This document shows positions 36,434-45,096 of a stretch of DNA of 64,000 bases, piece after piece. The position numbers were made by a program, and so were the translations under genes. The DNA comes from Deltaproteobacteria bacterium. Its GTDB lineage: Bacteria > Desulfobacterota > Desulfomonilia > UBA1062. The notes below the pieces were generated by a model. That model saw only the letters and a list, made by a program, of their open reading frames with translations. It had not been told where the DNA came from and did not search any database. The DNA lies in contig WFSG01000040.1 in assembly GCA_015486075.1 (NCBI GenBank), positions 4,647 through 68,646 on the forward strand, given 5' to 3'. The first letter of the stretch is position 1. Each line of letters begins with the position of its first letter.

Positions 36434-38857
36434 ATGAGGATACTGTACTTCAGGTTTGACCTGACCCTGGTGGATGACGACATCATGGAGGGATTCAAGT
36501 CCCTTGGTGCATCCGTAGAGACGGTTGACGTAATAACCCGCGGCAAGAGCAAGTCAAGCCCCATCTACCTGGACGAGCTTGTGCACAGGGTGCATAGGTT
36601 TAGGCCGGATATCATCATGTGCTCAAACGAGAATGCCTTGGACGACGAGGGCCTGTTCTCCAGGGTATTCGCATATTACCACGTGCCCCTTGTCACCTGG
36701 TTCGTGGACAGGCCAGTGGTCTCGCCTGCCGCAAGGCAGAAGAAATTCCTTAAGCATGCAAGTATCATATTCGTTATAGACAGATCCCACATGCAAGGCC
36801 TGAAAAATGAAGGCTTCGACAATGTGCACCTTTTGCCACTTGCTGCAAACCCGAGGAGATCAAGGGAACCTATAGAGAAATGGAGCATGCCACCAGTGTT
36901 TGTTGGAAAGCTTGACCTGGCCAGGTCAAGAGAGGCACTATCAAGGCTCAGGGAAGAGTGGCCCAGCATGAACAGGCTGGACATGGAATTTATAGAGGGT
37001 GCCATTGAATACTACAGGCTCAAGTATTCAATGCATGTAGCAGCCGCAATAAAAGAGCTTATAGAAGAAACTGGCTTCAGGCCTGGCATACCCCCTGGTG
37101 CCATGAATGAGCTAGAGAGGTTCATGGAATACGAGGCAGGGCTCAGGAACAGGGTTGAGATTATATCAGGCATAAAGGACCTAGGCGTGACAACCGTAGG
37201 AGAGAGGGACTGGAGGCTTGTGGTGGGAGAGAACAACGCCCGGGGATACGTGGCCTACGGTTCAGACGAGCTTACAGACATATACAACAGGAGTCTTGCA
37301 ACCATAAACATAACCAGGCCACAGCTTAAAGACGCTGTTAACCAGAGGGCCTTTGACGTGCCCCTTGCTGGTGGCCTTCTACTAACCGATGCAAGGGAGC
37401 AGGTCTTCGAACTATTCGATGTGCCAGAAGAAATGGAGGTCTACACATCCATACAGGACTTGAGGCAGAAGATAATGCACTTCAAGGATAATCCTGGTGA
37501 GCGCCTGGCCAGGATAACAAGGGGCAAGAAAAGGATCATGGGAGAGCACCTCTACAGGCACAGGCTTGAAGACATGCTGGATATCATAGGTGCTACCAGG
37601 CTAAGCTTTGACATCCCGGAACATGACATGGCCTTTAAGAGGATAGAGCCCTACCTGCCGGGACCTGCCATGGAGATCCACGTGAACGAAAGACATGGAT
37701 GCATACTCTTTACGAGGCCCGGAGACCTGGTGTGCGAGGACATAGCCTGGGGCATGAGAAAGGCTGGCATTGCCTGCTCCCTGTACAACACATCCTTAAC
37801 AGACGGGCCAGGCGGGAGAACAGTCACCTTTGACATGGAAAAAATAAAGGCCATGCTGGAAGAACTCAAGCCTGACTTTGTTATATCCAATAATGGCCTC
37901 GGCGCTGATGCAAATGGGGCCATACAGGAATTACTGGCCATAATGGGTATACCCTTTGTAACGTGGTACACGGACGAGCCTAGCCTGGTGGAATCCGAAG
38001 GCATATTACCTTACCATGCGAAAAATACCATTGTCTTCAGCGTCGAGGGCACATATATCCCCATGCTCGAGAAAAGAGGGTTTGTACACGTGGGCCAGCT
38101 AGACCTGGCCGTGAACACGGATAGGTTCTACCCTCTAGAAGGAGAGGCCCCTATATCTGACATCGTGTTTGTCGGGTCCTCGGGCAAGAAACAGATAGAT
38201 GCAATAAAGGCAAGTCTAAAACGCATGGATGTAGATGTAGACAGCCTATCCTCCCACATTGAGCGCATTGTGCCTATTTACATGGCCAATTGGCAATCCC
38301 CGGTAGAAGAAGTGTTTGAACAGGCATGGGAAGGTGAAACATTGGAAGAAACCATAAGACGACCTGTACTTGCATGGATAGAGCACAGGGCCGGCCAGGA
38401 GCTGAGGCTTAAGGTGCTAAACAGCATAAGAGGACTGGACCTCAAGGTCATAGGCGAAGAACACTGGGCAGTACTCATTGGCCATGAGTACTATGGAGGG
38501 GAAATTGTTTATACAAAAGACAACCTTGCAAGGATCTACTCGACCACCCCGATAATTTTAAACATCTCGAGGCCACAGTTGAAGACCGCACTGAACCAGA
38601 GGATATACGATGTACCTGCATGCAATGGTTTCCTTGTGACTGATAAAAGGGAAAGATTACAACAGGTGTTCGGCGAGGACGAGATGGCAAGCTACGAGTA
38701 TTCATCCAACATATCCTCCCTGCTAAGGTACTACCTTGAGAGGCCTGGGCTCAGAAAGGAAATGGCCCAGAGTGCAAGGAAGAGAGTTCTAGATAGCCAC
38801 ACCTATGTCCACAGGGCAAAAGAAATACTCGACGTAGTAATCAGGATTATATCTTAG
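36434..38857 (+). CDS. internally duplicated CgeB-like (DUF3880 + Glyco_trans_1_2) glycosyltransferase
   Basis: Two homologous halves (about 36434-37625 and 37630-38857), e.g. ...VPLVTWFVDRP / ...IPFVTWYTDEP and ...NITRPQLKDAVNQRAFDVPLAGGLLLTD / ...NISRPQLKTALNQRIYDVPACNGFLVTD. The same family as the CgeB-like domain inside the 2769-aa protein. Confidence 0.7.
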   Translation: MRILYFRFDLTLVDDDIMEGFKSLGASVETVDVITRGKSKSSPIYLDELVHRVHRFRPDIIMCSNENALDDEGLFSRVFAYYHVPLVTWFVDRPVVSPAARQKKFLKHASIIFVIDRSHMQGLKNEGFDNVHLLPLAANPRRSREPIEKWSMPPVFVGKLDLARSREALSRLREEWPSMNRLDMEFIEGAIEYYRLKYSMHVAAAIKELIEETGFRPGIPPGAMNELERFMEYEAGLRNRVEIISGIKDLGVTTVGERDWRLVVGENNARGYVAYGSDELTDIYNRSLATINITRPQLKDAVNQRAFDVPLAGGLLLTDAREQVFELFDVPEEMEVYTSIQDLRQKIMHFKDNPGERLARITRGKKRIMGEHLYRHRLEDMLDIIGATRLSFDIPEHDMAFKRIEPYLPGPAMEIHVNERHGCILFTRPGDLVCEDIAWGMRKAGIACSLYNTSLTDGPGGRTVTFDMEKIKAMLEELKPDFVISNNGLGADANGAIQELLAIMGIPFVTWYTDEPSLVESEGILPYHAKNTIVFSVEGTYIPMLEKRGFVHVGQLDLAVNTDRFYPLEGEAPISDIVFVGSSGKKQIDAIKASLKRMDVDVDSLSSHIERIVPIYMANWQSPVEEVFEQAWEGETLEETIRRPVLAWIEHRAGQELRLKVLNSIRGLDLKVIGEEHWAVLIGHEYYGGEIVYTKDNLARIYSTTPIILNISRPQLKTALNQRIYDVPACNGFLVTDKRERLQQVFGEDEMASYEYSSNISSLLRYYLERPGLRKEMAQSARKRVLDSHTYVHRAKEILDVVIRIIS

Positions 38858-39077
38858 ATATCTAGGTTATTTCTATCCACCTATCATACCATCTTCTCAC
38901 CACTCGTAACACTCCATCCCTTACCTCGTTGTCTAAAAAGATCTAAAAAATCCATTGTATGTCATATAGTAACAGCTGAGCCTAGTGTCCCACCAAAGAA
39001 CTTAGCGACCTACCCTAGTTAGGTGTGCTAGGAATACGACTTTTTCACATCTTTGGTGAATTCCCTTTAAATGGTTA

Positions 39078-40433
39078 CTATTTAAGATATGACCCTGATG
39101 CAACGAGGACAAGATGTATGTCCATCACGTTTGTAAGAGTTGGACCTGTTTTTACGAGGTCTCCAGTAGTAGAAAGATAATGGTACGAATCATTAGTATC
39201 GAGGTAATGGTTAAGATCCAATCCTCTCTTCCTACCCCTTGATTCAGTAAGGGGATCCACTATGCCACCTGCGGCATCTGTTGGACCATCCGTACCATCT
39301 GTACCCAAACTTGCAATAACGACATCATCCTCAAGTCCAGATATTAAGCCTGCACTATAAAGGGCAAATTCCTGGTTCCTTCCCCCAAGTCCGTCACCTC
39401 TCACAACCACTGTGGTTTCACCACCACTTATAATACAGGCAGGTGCCTCCACAGGCATTGATGACCTGATAATTTCCCTTGCAATGGCAACATGTACTCC
39501 TGCCACGTCTACTGTATTCCCCTCTATCATGGAAGACAAAACAAGGGTATTGTAACCCATATCCTTTGCCTTTTCCAAGGCTGCCCTGCATGCAGTAATA
39601 TTACTGGCTATCACCATGTTTACCACGCGGTCAAAGACGGGATCTCCCAGCCCAGGTGTCTCCTCGATAGCGCCATCGGTACCCATCTCCAAATGTTTTA
39701 TAACGACTTCAGGCATGTCTTGCTCTATGTTGTACCTTTCTATTACCTTGAGAGCATCTGCAAATGTTGACCTATCTGGCACAAACGGTCCTGATGCTAT
39801 CACGTCAATGTCATCTCCAACCACGTCAGAAAGCATAAGGTTTACAACCGTTGCAGGGTAGGCAGCACGGGCAAGAAGCCCTCCCTTTGTCTTGGACAGG
39901 TGCTTCCTTACTGCGTTCATCTCGTGTATGTCTGCTCCACATGCAAGTAGTATTCTTGAAACCTTCTGCTTCTCTTCTAGGCTTATACCATTCGCAGGCA
40001 TAGGTAACAGTGCCGAGCCCCCGCCGGATATAAGCGATATAACCAGGTCTCCCTCTCCACAACCATCAAGCATGGATAGCACTTCCTCGGCCCCTTTAAG
40101 TCCTTCAATGTCAGGCACAGGGTGACCCGCCTCTTTTATCCTTACCTTCTTTAGATCCACTGAGTGGCCGTATTTAACCACAACAAGACCGTCAGAGATC
40201 CTGTCACCTAGTTCATGCTCAACCGCCCTTGCCATTGCAGCGGAGGCCTTACCCGCTCCCACGACTACTATCCTCCTGAAACGGGTAATATCCAGCTCGT
40301 GTTCACCGGCACACAGGATGTTTTTCTTAAGCCGTAGATTCCTTTTTACCGCGCTTTCCGGGGCAACCGCTGATATAGCCGCATCCATTATCTCCAGTGC
40401 ATGCCTTCTTAATCTTTGTATTGATCGCAACAT
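39078..40433 (-). CDS. glycerate kinase (MOFRL / glycerate 2-kinase family)
   Basis: 451 aa; VVVGAGKASAAMARAVE; C-terminal MOFRL-type domain. Confidence 0.8.
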   Translation of the reverse strand: MLRSIQRLRRHALEIMDAAISAVAPESAVKRNLRLKKNILCAGEHELDITRFRRIVVVGAGKASAAMARAVEHELGDRISDGLVVVKYGHSVDLKKVRIKEAGHPVPDIEGLKGAEEVLSMLDGCGEGDLVISLISGGGSALLPMPANGISLEEKQKVSRILLACGADIHEMNAVRKHLSKTKGGLLARAAYPATVVNLMLSDVVGDDIDVIASGPFVPDRSTFADALKVIERYNIEQDMPEVVIKHLEMGTDGAIEETPGLGDPVFDRVVNMVIASNITACRAALEKAKDMGYNTLVLSSMIEGNTVDVAGVHVAIAREIIRSSMPVEAPACIISGGETTVVVRGDGLGGRNQEFALYSAGLISGLEDDVVIASLGTDGTDGPTDAAGGIVDPLTESRGRKRGLDLNHYLDTNDSYHYLSTTGDLVKTGPTLTNVMDIHLVLVASGSYLK

Positions 40434-40600
40434 CGTTATCCTCCTCCTGAGATAACGCTCTGTAACAAGATCTACAACCTAGAACTGACAATACATAAAT
40501 AGCACCTACCACTAAACACCTAGAAAATATTGATTATATGGTCCCATCATCTTTAGATACCAATACAAAATCTCGTAGCATTAAGCCACCATGTTTTTAT

Positions 40601-40627
40601 CTAAAGAAAAAAAATCCATCTCCGATA
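40601..40627 (+). promoter_or_regulatory. sigma28 (FliA)-like promoter upstream of fliS
   Basis: TAAA at 40601-40604, then 15 nt, then TCCGATAA at 40620-40627, against the consensus TAAA-N15-GCCGATAA. It lies 35 nt upstream of the fliS ATG. Confidence 0.5.
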
Positions 40628-40661
40628 AATAACTTAAGTATCAAGTCGGGGGTATCTAAGA

Positions 40662-41033
40662 ATGAACACTACCGGGTATCAAGCGTACAAGAAGGCTCAG
40701 ATTCAAACCGCAGACCAGGGAAGACTTATAATCATGTGTTACGAAGGAACCATTGCGTTTCTTAAGCAGGGGAAGATGGCCATGCTGAACAAAGACGTAA
40801 AGGCATCTTCCGAGCTCTTCACAAAGGCACAGAACGTGCTGTGGGAACTCACCAACAGCCTCAACTTTGAAGCAGGAGAAATAGCCTATAACCTAGAAGC
40901 ACTTTATAACTACATGATAAGACGTATCATAGAGGCCCATTATCACAGCAAGTCAGAGCTAATAGACGAAGTCGTTAATTTTCTAGAGGAATTGAAGGAA
41001 TCATGGGAGAAGATCGTATACAAGAGCAGGTGA
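40662..41033 (+). CDS. fliS: flagellar export chaperone FliS
   Basis: 123 aa with an N-terminus typical of FliS (YQAYKKAQIQTADQGRLIIMCYEGTIAFLKQG) and a four-helix-bundle-type sequence. Confidence 0.75.
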   Translation: MNTTGYQAYKKAQIQTADQGRLIIMCYEGTIAFLKQGKMAMLNKDVKASSELFTKAQNVLWELTNSLNFEAGEIAYNLEALYNYMIRRIIEAHYHSKSELIDEVVNFLEELKESWEKIVYKSR

Positions 41034-41374
41034 TGCGTGATCTCGTGTCCTGGAGGTCTACCCTCAAGGAAGGTATAAAGGCACTTTCCCAGGGAAACAG
41101 CCAGGAACTGGAGAAAATAATCGAGAGAACTGGTATTATCCAGGCTCGCCTTGACATATCCTTACCACTAGCAAGAAAAGAATCAACGACCAAGGATTAC
41201 AGAAAGATTATGCTAGAGATAAAGGGCATAGAGGATACCCTGATACAGGAGCTAACAAAGGCTAAAGGCATTGTAAAACAAAAGCTGGACACATTGGCAA
41301 AGAACAAATCCCTCCTACAGGGTTACAGAAATTCGAGCAAGACCTTGCCCAGGTTCTTGAACAGGCTCACTTGA
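41033..41374 (+). CDS. hypothetical coiled-coil protein, FliT-like by position
   Basis: Start is translationally coupled to the fliS stop (TGATG); about 113 aa, helical and charged. A gene at this position after fliS is commonly fliT, but no sequence motif was recognised. Confidence 0.35.
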   Translation: MRDLVSWRSTLKEGIKALSQGNSQELEKIIERTGIIQARLDISLPLARKESTTKDYRKIMLEIKGIEDTLIQELTKAKGIVKQKLDTLAKNKSLLQGYRNSSKTLPRFLNRLT

Positions 41375-41565
41375 GATCTCCTGAACATTGCTTTGCCCCT
41401 TCCTTTCCATGCATGTAATTACACAGACCCTACCGTAGCATCATGCCCCCTGTGAATATCAGAACTTGCTTAATAGGGAAGATCTTTTTGCTTAGACTTA
41501 CCCTAAAGCCTTGTTATAGACTCATTGCAATAATCAACTATTTCTACAAAAAGGAGGTTCTGAAG

Positions 41566-41886
41566 ATGAGGCGCAGGCCACATGCTTTAAGGTGTATCAT
41601 GGTAATCCTAATAGCCATAACCATGTACTTCCCATCATCCTTGTTTGGCTTCGACAATACAGCTCCACAGGTGGCAAGCCTGGATCCAAAGACAATTGTC
41701 ATAGCAAAGGAGTGGGCAAGCGAGATAAGAGTATACCTGATCAAGGTGGAGAACAACAAGATGGTATTAAAAGATTCATACTCTATAGATTACATGACAC
41801 TCAAGACCAGGCATACAGGGAGCATCAATAAACACGAAAACAACGGCCCACTCGAGACATCCCCCATAATAGAGAAGACTAAATAG
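41566..41886 (+). CDS. hypothetical small exported/membrane-anchored protein
   Basis: AAGGAGG RBS 8 nt upstream of the ATG at 41566. N-terminal basic stretch plus a hydrophobic segment (MRRRPHALRCIMVILIAITMYFPSSLFG); 106 aa. No recognisable family. Confidence 0.45.
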   Translation: MRRRPHALRCIMVILIAITMYFPSSLFGFDNTAPQVASLDPKTIVIAKEWASEIRVYLIKVENNKMVLKDSYSIDYMTLKTRHTGSINKHENNGPLETSPIIEKTK

Positions 41887-41968
41887 GATTTGCGAATTAA
41901 ATTCAAACCAGAACAACATGCCCGGGCAGTGTTGACATGTGATATTATTTACCTTAATCATATCTACC

Positions 41969-42577
41969 ATGCAGATAATACTCGCCTCCTCATCGCCAAG
42001 GCGAAGGGAATTGCTTTCCCTCACTGGGCTGCAGTTTGACACCAGGGAACCGGATATCGATGAAATACCTCTAGAAGGTGAGAGCCCCCCTACATTTTGC
42101 CGTCGGGCAAGCCATGCAAAGGCCATGGCAATCGCCCCTGTCTTCAAGGATGCGCTCGTCATAGCCGCGGACACGATAGTGTCTATAAGAAACCAAATCC
42201 TGGGCAAACCAGAGGATAGCAGACAGGCATACAGGTATATAGAGTTCCTCAGGGGCAAGACACACAATGTATACAGCTCTTACACAATAGTACACCTTAC
42301 AGAAGGCATCGATATTACGCGTCTAGTGCAAACAAGAGTGCACTTCAAGGACATATCAGATTCCGAGATATCGTGGTACGTATCAACTGGAGAGCCCATG
42401 GGCAAGGCAGGGGGCTATGCCGTACAGGGCAAGGCATCTGTCTTCATAGACAGGATTGATGGATCTTATACAAATGTGATAGGCTTACCGCTTGCTGAGT
42501 TGTACGAAGACTTGCTTAGACTTGGGATTATCCACCTAACTGGACCGGGTAGAATGGAGGAAAGAAATGAATCGTAG
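41969..42577 (+). CDS. maf: Maf-like nucleoside triphosphate pyrophosphatase
   Basis: MQIILASSSPRRRELL N-terminus; Maf fold of about 200 aa. The alternative upstream ATG at 41939 would add a hydrophobic extension. Confidence 0.8.
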   Translation: MQIILASSSPRRRELLSLTGLQFDTREPDIDEIPLEGESPPTFCRRASHAKAMAIAPVFKDALVIAADTIVSIRNQILGKPEDSRQAYRYIEFLRGKTHNVYSSYTIVHLTEGIDITRLVQTRVHFKDISDSEISWYVSTGEPMGKAGGYAVQGKASVFIDRIDGSYTNVIGLPLAELYEDLLRLGIIHLTGPGRMEERNES

Positions 42578-44063
42578 ATACATTTTGGCAATAGACCAAG
42601 GTACCACGGGAAGCAGGGCAATGATAGTCGATGCCAAGGGAAAGATCTTATCAAGTGCATACAAGGAATTTCCACAGATATACCCCATGCCTGGATGGGT
42701 GGAACATGATCCGGACGTAATATGGGATACCACGCTAGATGTAATGAAACAGGCCATGGACAAGGCTGGTACAGGTGGCGATAACATAAAAGCCATAGGG
42801 ATAACAAACCAGAGAGAGACCACCGTGCTATGGGACAGGAACACCTTAAGGCCAATTGGCAATGCCATTGTGTGGCAATGCAGGAGGAGTTCCAGCATAT
42901 GTGATGACCTAAAGAGGCAAGGTCTTAGCCCCCTATTCCAGGAAAAGACAGGGCTCGTGATAGATGCCTATTTCTCTGCAACAAAGATAAAATGGATGCT
43001 GGATAACATCCCTGGTGCAAGAAAAAGGGCAAGGACCGGAGAGATAGCATTTGGCACTATAGACTCATGGCTCATAACGAAACTTACACGGGGCAAGGTA
43101 CATGTGACCGACTACACGAATGCATCAAGAACACTTATTTTTAATATACACGAAAAGCAATGGGATTCGGAACTGTTGAGGGTCTTCGACATACCCATTG
43201 AGATGCTGCCTAGGGTGGTGCCCTCGTCAGGTGTGGTCGGGCAGACTGACCCGGGTTTACTTGGTTCTGCAATACCCATTGCGGGTATTGCCGGGGATCA
43301 GCAGGCAGCCTTGTTTGGTCAGGCCTGCTTTGACCAAGGACAGGTTAAAAATACTTACGGTACAGGCTGTTTCATGCTACTAAACCTAGGAGACAAAAAG
43401 GTAGTCCCCAAGAATGGCCTGTTGTTGACACTTGCCTGTAACATAGAGGGAAAACCCTGCTATGCCCTCGAAGGATCGGTGTTTATAGCTGGGGCAGTGG
43501 TACAATGGCTAAGAGACGCCCTGGGACTGATCGAGTCTGCACCACAGAGCCAGGAAATAGCCATGCTTGTAGAAGACACCGGGGGAGTCTACCTTGTTCC
43601 CGCGTTTGCAGGACTCGGTGCACCTTACTGGGACATGTATGCAAGGGGCGCAATAACAGGCATAACAAGGAGCACAACAAAGGCCCACATAGTAAGGGCA
43701 GCACTTGAAGGCATAGCATACCAAGTAAAGGATCTGGTACAGGCATTCGAAGAGACAACAGGGGATACACTCACCGAGCTCAGGGTAGACGGGGGTGCAT
43801 CCAGGAATAATCTGCTCATGCAGTTTCAGTCTGACATACTGGGAATCCCCGTTGAGAGGTCAAGCTACATAGAATCAACGGGTATGGGCGCTGCGTTTCT
43901 GGCTGGCCTAGCCACTGGTATGTGGGAATCTGGCTATGACATAAATGCGCTGAGGACTGCAGAGAGCAGGTTTGAGCCATCGATAACCCAGGGTAAAAGA
44001 GATCAACTGTACGCAGGCTGGCTAGACGCCGTGGAAAGGGTTAGATCGGGCAGGGATATCTGA
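42567..44063 (+). CDS. glpK: glycerol kinase
   Basis: FGGY kinase: ILAIDQGTTGSRA, ...GTGCFML..., C-terminal ...LRVDGGASRNNLLMQFQSDILG; 498 aa. The start overlaps the maf 3' end. Confidence 0.9.
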   Translation: MNRRYILAIDQGTTGSRAMIVDAKGKILSSAYKEFPQIYPMPGWVEHDPDVIWDTTLDVMKQAMDKAGTGGDNIKAIGITNQRETTVLWDRNTLRPIGNAIVWQCRRSSSICDDLKRQGLSPLFQEKTGLVIDAYFSATKIKWMLDNIPGARKRARTGEIAFGTIDSWLITKLTRGKVHVTDYTNASRTLIFNIHEKQWDSELLRVFDIPIEMLPRVVPSSGVVGQTDPGLLGSAIPIAGIAGDQQAALFGQACFDQGQVKNTYGTGCFMLLNLGDKKVVPKNGLLLTLACNIEGKPCYALEGSVFIAGAVVQWLRDALGLIESAPQSQEIAMLVEDTGGVYLVPAFAGLGAPYWDMYARGAITGITRSTTKAHIVRAALEGIAYQVKDLVQAFEETTGDTLTELRVDGGASRNNLLMQFQSDILGIPVERSSYIESTGMGAAFLAGLATGMWESGYDINALRTAESRFEPSITQGKRDQLYAGWLDAVERVRSGRDI

Positions 44064-44065
44064 CA

Positions 44066-44833
44066 ATGGAATTCTTCGAGTATATAGGTACGGAGACCGT
44101 AAAGTTCTTTGAAGCACTAGGCACCATGACTGTCTTCGTGGTCAAAACCATGTACTGGTCTGTGAGAAGACCGGTATTTATCAAGGAAACGGTCAAGCAA
44201 ATGGACATAATAGGCGTGAAGTCGAGCCTGGTGATAGTCCTTACCGGAATGTTTACCGGCATGGTTACCGCCTTGCAGGCAGATTACGGTTTCAGGATGT
44301 TCAGCGCCGAGTCCATGGTAGGATCTGTAACCGCGCTGGGGCTTCTAAGGGAACTAGGGCCTGTTCTTGCCTCCCTCATGGTCACCGCAAGGGCTGGCTC
44401 TGCAATGACAGCAGAGCTAGGCACAATGCGCGTTACAGAACAGATAGACGCACTCACTGTCATGGGTGTGAACCCATACCAGTACTTGATATTACCCAGG
44501 ATTGTAGGCACCACAATAATGATGCCTCTTCTAACCCTGGTCTTTTGTGGTCTTGGAATGTTGGGATCTTACATAGTGGGAGTCGACCTCCTTGGAATAG
44601 ACAAGGGCCTGTTTATGTCCAGGATTGCCCAGTACGTGGACTACTCCGACCTCAATTCAGGACTTATAAAGGCGGTTTGCTTTGGTATCATACTATCCTT
44701 CGTGGGGTGTTTCAAGGGCTTCACAACAACTGGAGGTGCCGAGGGGGTTGGTAAGGCCACCACGTACTCGGTAGTAATCTCGTCGGTGAGTATACTGGTC
44801 GCAGACTACGTGCTTACGGCCATAATGTTTTAA
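44066..44833 (+). CDS. mlaE: MlaE-family ABC transporter permease
   Basis: 255 aa with a YrbE/MlaE profile (LGPVLASLMVTARAGSAMTAELGTMRVTEQIDAL). No adjacent mlaF or mlaD. Confidence 0.75.
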   Translation: MEFFEYIGTETVKFFEALGTMTVFVVKTMYWSVRRPVFIKETVKQMDIIGVKSSLVIVLTGMFTGMVTALQADYGFRMFSAESMVGSVTALGLLRELGPVLASLMVTARAGSAMTAELGTMRVTEQIDALTVMGVNPYQYLILPRIVGTTIMMPLLTLVFCGLGMLGSYIVGVDLLGIDKGLFMSRIAQYVDYSDLNSGLIKAVCFGIILSFVGCFKGFTTTGGAEGVGKATTYSVVISSVSILVADYVLTAIMF

Positions 44834-45096
44834 GCCGGGCCTCGGGCAACAAGTCAAAAACGCAATACCTTATGCCTTGTCTACTAGCTGACCACTAAGA
44901 GTCGAAAGCTAGTTAATAAAGACTTGATTTTCTCAACCCGGGGATTAAACTTACTATATTGATATCCTGGTTGAATAGGGTTTATAATAGCCAGACTTTG
45001 TAGGGCTTTTGTATTGGATTTTTGTTACATGTATGTTTAAGTGGCAATAAAAATGGGTAATATCTATTATACACATTAGCTGAAAAGGAGGGTTAT

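Noticed and set aside
38858-39077. Terminator between the convergent CgeB-like gene and the glycerate kinase gene
   Set aside because: Only short palindromes (AGATATCT, TTAAATGGTTACTATTTAA) were found, without a convincing GC-rich stem plus T-tract.
44834-45096. Regulatory RNA or riboswitch in the 263-nt gap upstream of the AOR gene
   Set aside because: No recognisable conserved riboswitch core (moco, tungsten or other) could be matched by eye. AT-rich, promoter-like only.
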